This document shows, in pieces, positions 9,041-16,970 of a stretch of 32,000 nucleotides of DNA. The number at the start of each line of letters is the position of its first letter. Within the stretch, counting starts at the first letter, position 1. The DNA lies in assembly GCF_000341895.1 (NCBI RefSeq), contig NC_020409.1, positions 240,001-272,000 of the forward strand, given 5' to 3'. Position numbers and translations under genes: made by a program. This DNA comes from Pseudodesulfovibrio piezophilus C1TLV30 (GTDB taxonomy: Bacteria > Desulfobacterota > Desulfovibrionia > Desulfovibrionales > Desulfovibrionaceae). A model generated the notes under the pieces. It saw only the letters and a list, made by a program, of their open reading frames with translations. It was not told the DNA's origin and ran no database searches.

Positions 9041-9646
9041 TTGCAAAATCTTCCAGGGCCTCTCAGGGAAGTGGTGGAACAGTTGTCCTCCCTTCCTGGC
9101 ATTGGACCCAAATCAGCGTTAAGAATAGCCCTCACTCTGCTCAAGATGCCCAGAGAACGGGCTGGTGGGGTGGGGCAATCCATTTTGGATCTCAGAGAAA
9201 AACTTTGTCTGTGTGATGATTGTGCCTGTTTGGCGGAGGCAAGCCCTTGCGCAATCTGTGGTGATCCTGCTCGAGATTCAGATCAACTCTGTCTTGTTCC
9301 TGAGTGGGACGCTCTTCTCGCCATGGAAGATATGGGGGTGTTCCGTGGTAAATATTTGGTTCTTGGCGGGTTGCTCTCTCCTTTGGACGGAGTGGAGCCA
9401 GGGCATCTGGAGATTGAAAGACTTCGACGACATTTGGGAAAAGGGACGGTTTCTGAGGTGATACTCGCTTTAGGAACGACTCTTGATGCCGAGTCTACAG
9501 CGTCTTATATCAAGAATCTTGTCGAGAGTGAATTCTCCGAAATTCGTGTCAGTCGCCTCGCGCAGGGAATCCCTGTGGGGGCGGAAGTCAAGTTCATGGA
9601 TAAGGAGACACTCAAACAGTCTCTTGTCTATAGACAGAAAGTGTAG
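9041..9646 (+). CDS. recR: Recombination protein RecR
   Basis: 201 aa with a TTG start. HhH motif LPGIGPKSALR, C4 zinc finger (CxxC...CxxC: CDDCACLAEASPCAIC) and a Toprim region. Confidence 0.9.
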   Translation: MQNLPGPLREVVEQLSSLPGIGPKSALRIALTLLKMPRERAGGVGQSILDLREKLCLCDDCACLAEASPCAICGDPARDSDQLCLVPEWDALLAMEDMGVFRGKYLVLGGLLSPLDGVEPGHLEIERLRRHLGKGTVSEVILALGTTLDAESTASYIKNLVESEFSEIRVSRLAQGIPVGAEVKFMDKETLKQSLVYRQKV

Positions 9647-9666
9647 CAGAGCAGCCAGGGATATTC

Positions 9667-11874
9667 ATGAATGATGATCGAACCCGGGTGACTGGTGCAG
9701 AAGTACAATCCGTTGTCTATTACAACAAAGATAACGGATATACGATAGCGCGTGTGCGGTTGAAGGATGAACCCGGACTTCTCTCTATTGTCGGAACGAT
9801 GGGGGAATTGACAGCGGGATCGACTTTGGACTTGGACGGAGTCTGGACTGTTCATCCAAAATTTGGACGGCAGTTAGAAGTTCGGACTTTTGAAGAATCA
9901 CGCCCTGCCACTGAAAATGGTGTCATTCGTTTTCTCCAGTCGTCAATCAAAGGCGTCGGAGAAAAAACGGCAACTATCATGGTTGAAGAGTTTGGTGTCG
10001 AGGTCCTTGATCTGTTGGATGACAACCCCGAACGTCTTTTGAAAATCAAAGGCATATCAAAAAAGAAACTTAAAGATATTATTGAATCCTGGGGGAAGCA
10101 GAGGGAGATAAAAAATCTTTTGGTCTTTTTGCAGACCCACAAGGTCCCAACAACGTTTGCCGGCAAAATATTTCATCTCTATGGCGCGCAGGCTGAGAAG
10201 AAGTTGAGAGATAATCCATATGATCTTGCCTATGAAATCCGTGGGGTGGGCTTTCGGACAGCAGATCAGATGGCAATGAAACTGGGATTTGAACCCGATT
10301 GTGCCCAACGGCTCGAAGCGGCGATAGTTTATCATATGTTTTCCTCATGTGAACGGGGAGGACACATGTTTATTCTCAAGGATAAACTTCTTGCTGATGT
10401 CGCCAGGATGCTTGATGCCGGGGATTATAACAAACTGGAACTTGCTCTCTACGCCCTTGAAGAAAAGAAACGCATTCGCATCGAAGACCTGCTCGAACAG
10501 AACCTCTCAGATGCTGTTTATCTGATGCATTACTATCATCATGAAAATGAGATTACCCAGCGCCTGTTTCAGTTGGTGAGTCATCCTACCCCGGTCAGTC
10601 GAAAGAAAATTGATAAAACTCTCCCCAGAGTTGAAGGAAAGCTGGGATTTACTCTTTCCGACGAACAGCGAGAGGCTGTTTTTGATGCGTGTAGTAATAA
10701 GGTTTTTATCATAACAGGTGGACCTGGTACTGGTAAGACGACGATTACCAAAGCAATCATGCTCACTCTCAAAGAGTTGGGGCTCAAGATCAAACAGGCA
10801 GCTCCCACAGGGCGCGCTGCCAAACGAATGTCTGAAGCCACAGGGCATCCTGCACAAACAGTTCATAGGCTGTTGCAGTATCAACCCAGTGGTGGTTTTC
10901 ATTATTGCGAGGACCAAAAACTGAAAGCAGATGTACTTGTCATTGATGAAGCAAGTATGTTGGATGCTCATCTTTTCGTTTCCATTCTTCGCTCTCTTCC
11001 TCATACGTGTCGCCTCATTCTGGTCGGCGATGTTAACCAGTTGCCGAGTGTCGGACCGGGAAATGTTCTAGGCGATCTGATCAATTCCAACCGTATACCA
11101 TGCTCTGTTTTGACTCATATATTTCGGCAGGCACAAGAAAGTTTTATCGTCCTCAATGCGCATAGGATCAATAATGGCCAATTCCCGAGGCAGCACCCGA
11201 GTCAGGCTCCTGATGCGGATTTTTTCTGGATTCCACAGGAAAACACGGTAAAGGTTCAAAAGCTTCTTCTGGATAGTGTATGCGACAGGATACCACAACG
11301 TTATGGATTTGATCCTCTCCGGGATATTCAAGTTCTGACACCTATGCATAAAGGTGATGTCGGTACGCAGGCACTTAATTCCGCTCTTCAGGAAAGGCTC
11401 AACCCTTCATCTTCGAATAAACCTGAATTAAAAAGAAAATTTGCTACTTACCGGCAGGGAGACAGGGTTATTCAATTAAAAAACAATTATGACAAGGAAG
11501 TCTTTAACGGCGATCTTGGCTGGATCATTGACGTTGACCCTGATGACCACGAGCTTTTTATCGAATTTGATGGCAATCAGGTTGTCATGGAATCCAGTGA
11601 ATTGGATGAACTTGGCCTTGCATATGCTGTCTCTGTTCACAAGTCTCAAGGCAGTGAATATCCGGCGGTTGTCATGCCTATCGTGACTCAGCATTTCATG
11701 TTGCTTCAGCGGAATTTGCTCTATACCGGCTTAACTCGCGCAAGGGAACTTGCCGTGCTGATAGGGAGCGAACGCGCTTTTCAAATTGGGCTTAATAACG
11801 CCACGGCTGGTAAACGAAGTACTCATCTCGCATATAGACTACAGACCATGTTTTCACAGAATCGATTGGTGTAG
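9667..11874 (+). CDS. recD2: RecD2-type (RecD/TraA family, YrrC-like) SF1B ATP-dependent DNA helicase
   Basis: 735 aa. N-terminal OB/HhH region (IKGVGEKTA), Walker A GGPGTGKTT, Walker B VIDEASML, LVGDVNQLPSVGPG, and C-terminal SVHKSQGSEYP / YTGLTRAR motifs. Confidence 0.85.
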   Translation: MNDDRTRVTGAEVQSVVYYNKDNGYTIARVRLKDEPGLLSIVGTMGELTAGSTLDLDGVWTVHPKFGRQLEVRTFEESRPATENGVIRFLQSSIKGVGEKTATIMVEEFGVEVLDLLDDNPERLLKIKGISKKKLKDIIESWGKQREIKNLLVFLQTHKVPTTFAGKIFHLYGAQAEKKLRDNPYDLAYEIRGVGFRTADQMAMKLGFEPDCAQRLEAAIVYHMFSSCERGGHMFILKDKLLADVARMLDAGDYNKLELALYALEEKKRIRIEDLLEQNLSDAVYLMHYYHHENEITQRLFQLVSHPTPVSRKKIDKTLPRVEGKLGFTLSDEQREAVFDACSNKVFIITGGPGTGKTTITKAIMLTLKELGLKIKQAAPTGRAAKRMSEATGHPAQTVHRLLQYQPSGGFHYCEDQKLKADVLVIDEASMLDAHLFVSILRSLPHTCRLILVGDVNQLPSVGPGNVLGDLINSNRIPCSVLTHIFRQAQESFIVLNAHRINNGQFPRQHPSQAPDADFFWIPQENTVKVQKLLLDSVCDRIPQRYGFDPLRDIQVLTPMHKGDVGTQALNSALQERLNPSSSNKPELKRKFATYRQGDRVIQLKNNYDKEVFNGDLGWIIDVDPDDHELFIEFDGNQVVMESSELDELGLAYAVSVHKSQGSEYPAVVMPIVTQHFMLLQRNLLYTGLTRARELAVLIGSERAFQIGLNNATAGKRSTHLAYRLQTMFSQNRLV

Positions 11875-12026
11875 ATTCGCTCATTGACCAGAGGCTGCTT
11901 GCAAACGAGCAGGAAAAGTGCTGTATTGTGTAGGCATTCCTTTTGAAAGGTTTTACTTTCAGGGGAAAAGAATATCAATAAAACGTCTCGGGTGGACTCT
12001 ATTGAGCCGAGATTGAAGGAGACACC

Positions 12027-12533
12027 ATGCTGAGTGAAAAAGTTGAAGCAGCTCTCAACGAGCAGATGAATTGGGAAATCTATTCTGCTCATATTTATCT
12101 TTCTATGTCTTCCCATTTTGCAGAGGAAGGTCTGGGTGGTTTTGCGGCTTGGATGTATGCCCAGTATCAGGAAGAAATGTTTCATGCCATGAGGTTTTTC
12201 AACTATATTAATGAAGCTGGCGGGCGTGCTGTTCTTGGGACCATTGAAGCCCCACAGACTTCTTGGGAAAAGCCTCTTGCTGCTTTTCAGGATGCTCTTG
12301 AGCATGAACAGGGCGTGACTGCACGTATTAATGCTCTTGCTGATTTGGCGGTTGAAGAAAAGAATCATGCTGTTGGTATCTTTCTGCAATGGTTTATTTC
12401 AGAGCAAATCGAAGAAGAAGATACCGTTGGTGATATCGTCGGAAAATTGAAATTGGTTGGCGACGGCGGAGGGTTGTTTATGCTGGATAGAGACTTGGGA
12501 ACTCGAGTCTTTACACCTCCGACAAATGCCTAA
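12027..12533 (+). CDS. ftn: Non-heme ferritin
   Basis: 168 aa. The ferroxidase-centre pattern (LNEQMNWEIYSAHIY...QYQEEMFHAMRF...EHEQ...FLQWFISEQIEEE) matches bacterial FtnA-type ferritins. Strong AAGGAGA Shine-Dalgarno sequence. Confidence 0.85.
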   Translation: MLSEKVEAALNEQMNWEIYSAHIYLSMSSHFAEEGLGGFAAWMYAQYQEEMFHAMRFFNYINEAGGRAVLGTIEAPQTSWEKPLAAFQDALEHEQGVTARINALADLAVEEKNHAVGIFLQWFISEQIEEEDTVGDIVGKLKLVGDGGGLFMLDRDLGTRVFTPPTNA

Positions 12534-12548
12534 CTCACGGAAGACAAT

Positions 12549-12581
12549 GACCGGTGCAGGATGTCCTGTTCCGGTCTTTTT
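12549..12581 (+). terminator. Rho-independent terminator after the ferritin gene
   Basis: GACCGG-TG-CAGG-ATGT-CCTG-TT-CCGGTC hairpin followed by TTTTT. Confidence 0.7.
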
Positions 12582-12606
12582 GACGACGCAGTAAAAAGGA
12601 GTCGCA

Positions 12607-14292
12607 ATGTCTGACACAAGTATCAATATTGTTATTGGTGGCGAAGCCGGTCAAGGTCTCGCCACAATCGGCCAACTCATGTCTAAAGCTGTAACTCGTG
12701 CAGGGTATCATCTGCTGGTCAATCAAGTTTACATGTCGCGTATCCGGGGAGGCCATAACACCTTTGCCATCCGCGTTGGGTCAACAGCTGTGGAGTCACT
12801 GACGGAAGAAATCGATATCCTGGTGGCATTAACCCCTGAAACTGTTGACTTGCACGCAGACAAATTGTCTTCAAATGCAGTTATCATAGCTGGGGATGAT
12901 ATTGATACGGGAGAGTATCGCTCTTTATCCGTCCCCTTCAAAGCATTAGCAGCGAAGCCGTTATTTTATAATACAGTCGCTTTAGGTGTGCTTGCTGCGG
13001 CAGTCTGCATGGATATTTCTATTGTTGAAGGACTGTTGACACAATCTTTCAAGAAGAAAGGTGATGATGTTGTCCAGGCCAATGTCACAGTGCTGGAAGC
13101 CGCTTATTCCTGGGTGGAAGAGCAGACCTTTTCTTGTGTGAAGATTGATTCCCCCTCTGATGTGGGGACAGATAGAATTATGTTGAATGGGAACGAGGCC
13201 ATTGCCATGGGAGCATTAGCGGCCGGATGTAATTTCCTTTCATTTTATCCAATGACTCCAGCAACCACCGTGGCAACTAATTTGATATTGAAGGGAAGAG
13301 CGCTGGGGTTGAAATATGAGCAGGTTGAAGATGAAATAGCCGCAATTAATATGGCTATCGGCGCTTCATATGCCGGAGCCAAAGCTATTGTCTCAACATC
13401 CGGTGGCGGTTTTGCTCTCATGGTTGAGGCCATAAGTCTGGCCGGAGTTTCGGAAACTCCCCTGGTCTCAGTGGTTGTTCAACGGCCTGGGCCTGCGACT
13501 GGTATGGCGACACGAACCGAACAGGCAGACCTGAATCTTGTTCTCTACGCCGGACACGGGGAATTTCCCCGGGCTATTTTCGCTCCAGGAACCATAGAAG
13601 AATGCTTTTACCTGACACACCGTGCATTTGATTTGGCAGAGCAATACCAGACACCCATATTCGTATTGTCTGATCAATATCTTGCTGATTCATATCGAGC
13701 CGTTGAGATGTTTGATATTGATTCTTTGCCGGAGATAACAGAGCCGTTGCTTGAGCCGGGTGAAGAACCATATCTCCGGTATAAGTTGACTGAAGATGGC
13801 GTTTCTCCTCGCTTAATTCCTGGGTTTAGTGAAGCCGTAGTGAGAGCTGATTCTCACGAGCATAGCGAGGATTGTATCATAACAGAGGATGCGCAAAATC
13901 GAGTTCAGCAAAATTCAAAAAGGCTTTCCAAGGCGGCAGGGTTACATGAGGATGTCATTGGCCCTGATTATTATGGAGAAGAAGGGGCAGATATTTTGCT
14001 GATGTGCTGGGGATCTTCCTTGGGAGCCTGCCTGGAGGCCTCGGAGTTGGTTGAAAATAAAACTGTCGCTGTTCTTCATTTTAAACAGGTTTATCCACTC
14101 CGAGAAGAACAGTTTATGGATTACCTTGAAAAGGCCGGTGAAGTTGTCTCGGTAGAGGGGAACGCAACAGGGCAGTTCGCTCGTCTCGTAACACAGGAAA
14201 CCGGTTTTACTGTCGGGAGTTCCATTCTTCGGTTTGATGGGCGGACATTGACTCCGCAATATATCATACAAGGTCTCAACAGCATCATTTAA
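12607..14292 (+). CDS. 2-oxoacid:ferredoxin oxidoreductase, fused gamma-alpha subunit
   Basis: 561 aa. The N-terminal gamma-type domain (IVIGGEAGQGLATIGQL) is fused to an alpha (pyrimidine-binding) domain (GNEAIAMGALAAGCNFLSFYPMTPAT...). Substrate (2-oxoglutarate versus other 2-oxoacids) cannot be assigned by eye. Confidence 0.85.
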   Translation: MSDTSINIVIGGEAGQGLATIGQLMSKAVTRAGYHLLVNQVYMSRIRGGHNTFAIRVGSTAVESLTEEIDILVALTPETVDLHADKLSSNAVIIAGDDIDTGEYRSLSVPFKALAAKPLFYNTVALGVLAAAVCMDISIVEGLLTQSFKKKGDDVVQANVTVLEAAYSWVEEQTFSCVKIDSPSDVGTDRIMLNGNEAIAMGALAAGCNFLSFYPMTPATTVATNLILKGRALGLKYEQVEDEIAAINMAIGASYAGAKAIVSTSGGGFALMVEAISLAGVSETPLVSVVVQRPGPATGMATRTEQADLNLVLYAGHGEFPRAIFAPGTIEECFYLTHRAFDLAEQYQTPIFVLSDQYLADSYRAVEMFDIDSLPEITEPLLEPGEEPYLRYKLTEDGVSPRLIPGFSEAVVRADSHEHSEDCIITEDAQNRVQQNSKRLSKAAGLHEDVIGPDYYGEEGADILLMCWGSSLGACLEASELVENKTVAVLHFKQVYPLREEQFMDYLEKAGEVVSVEGNATGQFARLVTQETGFTVGSSILRFDGRTLTPQYIIQGLNSII

Positions 14293-14309
14293 AGCGAGGA
14301 GAGTAAAAG

Positions 14310-15140
14310 ATGGTCTCCATAGAGCAATATGGTGAATTCGAAACTTCGTGGTGTCCTGGATGCGGAAATTTTTCCATTCTGAAGAGTTTGAAAAACGCGC
14401 TCGTGCAAATGGACCTTGCTCCACATGATGTCATGGTTTCCTCGGGAATCGGACAGGCTGCAAAGGCACCTCACTACATGAATTGTAATATGTTCAATGG
14501 TCTCCATGGGCGTTCTCTGCCAGTTGCCCAAGGGATGAAAATGGCAAATCCGGAGATGCCTGTCATTTGTGAATCGGGGGATGGATGTTCCTATGGAGAG
14601 GGTGGGAATCACTTCCTTGCCGCAATTCGAAGGAATCTTGATATTACCTTGTTGGTTCATAATAATCAGATTTATGGGCTTACCAAGGGGCAGGCTAGCC
14701 CAACGACCACCAAGGGACAGGTGACAAAAACCCAGCCGGATGGTGCCGCATCAGAAGCCTTTAACCCCGTCGCGGTTGCCATTGCCATGAAGGCCGGTTT
14801 TGTCGCGCGGGCTTTTAGCGGTGAGCCAGATCATTTAGTTGATATGATTAAGGCAGCTATCCAGCATAAAGGCTTTTCCTTGGTCGATATTTTTCAGCCG
14901 TGCGTTTCGTTTAACAAAGTTAACACGTTCACATGGTACAAAGAGCGCAGCTATATTTTGGAAGATCATGATCCGGAAGATTGGCATGCGGCATTGAAGA
15001 AAGCTGATGAATTTCCTGATAAAATTCCTCTTGGTGTTCTTTTTAAAAAAGATAAAGCGGAATTTGAAAATGTCGGTAAGCTGGCAACACTTCAGTACGA
15101 AAAAGACGACTTGAAGAAGATACTTCAAACTTTCGCATAA
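14310..15140 (+). CDS. 2-oxoacid:ferredoxin oxidoreductase, beta (TPP-binding) subunit
   Basis: 276 aa. N-terminal WCPGCGNF cysteine motif, TPP-binding GDGCSYGEGGNH, and NNQIYGLTKGQASPTT. Confidence 0.85.
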   Translation: MVSIEQYGEFETSWCPGCGNFSILKSLKNALVQMDLAPHDVMVSSGIGQAAKAPHYMNCNMFNGLHGRSLPVAQGMKMANPEMPVICESGDGCSYGEGGNHFLAAIRRNLDITLLVHNNQIYGLTKGQASPTTTKGQVTKTQPDGAASEAFNPVAVAIAMKAGFVARAFSGEPDHLVDMIKAAIQHKGFSLVDIFQPCVSFNKVNTFTWYKERSYILEDHDPEDWHAALKKADEFPDKIPLGVLFKKDKAEFENVGKLATLQYEKDDLKKILQTFA

Positions 15141-15141
15141 T

Positions 15142-15177
15142 AAAGAAGGAAGGGGCTGAATGGCCCCTTTCTTCTTT
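15142..15177 (+). terminator. Rho-independent terminator after the oxidoreductase operon
   Basis: AAAGAAGGAAGGGGC / GCCCCTTTCTTCTTT arms give 15 bp with one G-U around a TGAATG loop, and the right arm is T-rich. Confidence 0.7.
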
Positions 15178-15239
15178 ACAAATCAAGGCAACTTTGCGAA
15201 GCATCTCGCAAAAGATAAATCGTATTTAACGAGGTATGA

Positions 15240-16922
15240 ATGAGCAACGAAGCTGAAAAAATTATCTATTCCATGAATCGGGTTACCAAGCGGCATGGGC
15301 AACGCGAAGTCTTGAAAAGCATTTCACTTTCCTATTTTTATGGGGCTAAAATCGGCGTTCTTGGGTTAAATGGTTCTGGTAAGAGTTCGCTGCTCAAGAT
15401 CCTTGCAGGAGTGGATATTGAGTTTGATGGTGATATCCATGTCAAAGATGGGTATAGTATTGGGTATCTGGAGCAGGAACCTTTGGTGGATGATACCAGA
15501 ACAGTCCGTGAGGTCGTTGAAGAAGGCGTCGGGGAAGTCATGGAGATCATTCGTGAATACAATGAGATAAATGACAAATTTGCAGAGCCCATGGAAGCGG
15601 AAGAAATGGATGCTCTGATTGAACGTCAGGGACAGGTACAGGAACTCATGGATGCCAAGGGGGCTTGGGATATTGATTCCAAGCTAGATATGGCTATGGA
15701 TTCGTTGCGGTGTCCTCCTGGAGAAACATCCGTTTCGGTGATCTCGGGTGGTGAAAGGCGTCGAGTTGCACTTTGTCGCCTTCTGCTACAATCCCCCGAT
15801 ATCCTCTTGCTCGACGAACCGACAAATCATCTTGATGCAGACTCCGTTGCATGGTTGGAACGATTCCTTTCAACTTTCCCAGGGACTGTCATCGCAGTCA
15901 CCCATGATAGATATTTCCTTGATAATGTTGCTGGTTGGATTTTGGAACTCGATCGAGGACGTGGTATCCCTTGGAAAGGAAACTATTCGTCCTGGCTTGA
16001 TCAGAAACAAAATCGGCTGGCTCAGGAAGGAAAGCAGGAAGCTGAGCGGCAGAAGACTCTTGAGCGTGAACTCGAGTGGATCAAGCTTTCCCCTAAAGGA
16101 CGCCGTGCTAAGGGAAAGGCGCGTATCAATGCGTATGAGGCCATGGTGAGTCATGAAAGCCAGCGTTTAGCTGATGATCTTCAGATTTATATTCCACCGG
16201 GAGCGCATCTTGGCAAGCAGGTCATTAGCGCAGAACATGTTGCCAAAACAATGGGTGACAAGGTTTTGGTCGAAGATTTGAATTTTATTATTCCTCCCAA
16301 TGCTATTGTTGGGATTGTCGGTCCCAATGGGGCTGGTAAATCGACTTTATTCAAAATGATTAATGGAGAGGAAAAACCGGATTCAGGTGAAGTGATTGTC
16401 GGGCAGACAGTCGAACTTGCCTATGCTGATCAGAATAGGGGGTCTCTGATACCTGGGAAGTCTGTTTATGAAATTATCAGTGAAGGTGCAGAGTTTATCA
16501 AGCTTGGAGATCGGGACATCAATGCACGGGCTTATTGTTCTCGTTTCAATTTTGCGGGATCAGACCAGCAAAAGCCTGTCGATGTTCTCTCTGGAGGAGA
16601 GCGTAACAGAGTCCATATGGCTCAGATGCTCAAATCCGGTGCAAATGTTTTGCTTTTGGATGAGCCGACCAATGACCTCGATGTCAACACCATGCGAGCT
16701 TTGGAAGATGGGTTGGAGAATTTTGCGGGTTGTGTTCTCGTTATCAGTCATGATCGGTGGTTCTTGGATCGAATCGCTACTCACATTCTTGCCTTTGAAG
16801 GTGATTCAAAGGTTGAGTTTGTCGAGGGTAACTACAGCGATTATGTAGAAGATCGTAAAAAACGTCTTGGGGTGGACGCAGAACAACCCCACCGCATTAA
16901 ATTCAGAAAGTTAACTCGTTAA
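15240..16922 (+). CDS. ettA: ABC-F translational throttle ATPase EttA
   Basis: 560 aa. Two ABC cassettes (GLNGSGKSS / LSGGERRRVAL / LLLDEPTNHLD and GPNGAGKST / LSGGERNRVHM / LLLDEPTNDLD). There are no TM segments, and the length and N-terminus are typical of EttA/YjjK. Confidence 0.9.
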   Translation: MSNEAEKIIYSMNRVTKRHGQREVLKSISLSYFYGAKIGVLGLNGSGKSSLLKILAGVDIEFDGDIHVKDGYSIGYLEQEPLVDDTRTVREVVEEGVGEVMEIIREYNEINDKFAEPMEAEEMDALIERQGQVQELMDAKGAWDIDSKLDMAMDSLRCPPGETSVSVISGGERRRVALCRLLLQSPDILLLDEPTNHLDADSVAWLERFLSTFPGTVIAVTHDRYFLDNVAGWILELDRGRGIPWKGNYSSWLDQKQNRLAQEGKQEAERQKTLERELEWIKLSPKGRRAKGKARINAYEAMVSHESQRLADDLQIYIPPGAHLGKQVISAEHVAKTMGDKVLVEDLNFIIPPNAIVGIVGPNGAGKSTLFKMINGEEKPDSGEVIVGQTVELAYADQNRGSLIPGKSVYEIISEGAEFIKLGDRDINARAYCSRFNFAGSDQQKPVDVLSGGERNRVHMAQMLKSGANVLLLDEPTNDLDVNTMRALEDGLENFAGCVLVISHDRWFLDRIATHILAFEGDSKVEFVEGNYSDYVEDRKKRLGVDAEQPHRIKFRKLTR

Positions 16923-16938
16923 GTCGATATGAGTGTAC

Positions 16939-16970
16939 AAAGGCTCTCTTCTGCAAAGGGGAGAGTCTTT
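16939..16970. terminator. Shared (bidirectional) hairpin between the convergent ettA and c-di-GMP genes
   Basis: AAAGGCTCTC(TTC) / (GGG)GAGAGTCTTT gives a 10-13 bp stem including G-U pairs, flanked by A- and T-tracts. It fills the 48-nt convergent gap. Confidence 0.5.

Noticed and set aside
11960-12012. Fur/PerR-type box (GAATATCAATAAAA) and a TCTCGG/CCGAGA stem in the ferritin leader
   Set aside because: It is only a partial resemblance to the 19-bp Fur palindrome with no dyad symmetry. A 6-bp stem in a leader is expected by chance. A regulon-wide motif model would be needed to evaluate it.
15193-15212. 7-bp hairpin (TTTGCGA-AGCATC-TCGCAAA) in the ettA leader
   Set aside because: It is short, has no T-tract, and matches no known regulatory RNA class. 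It is noted only as a possible leader structure.
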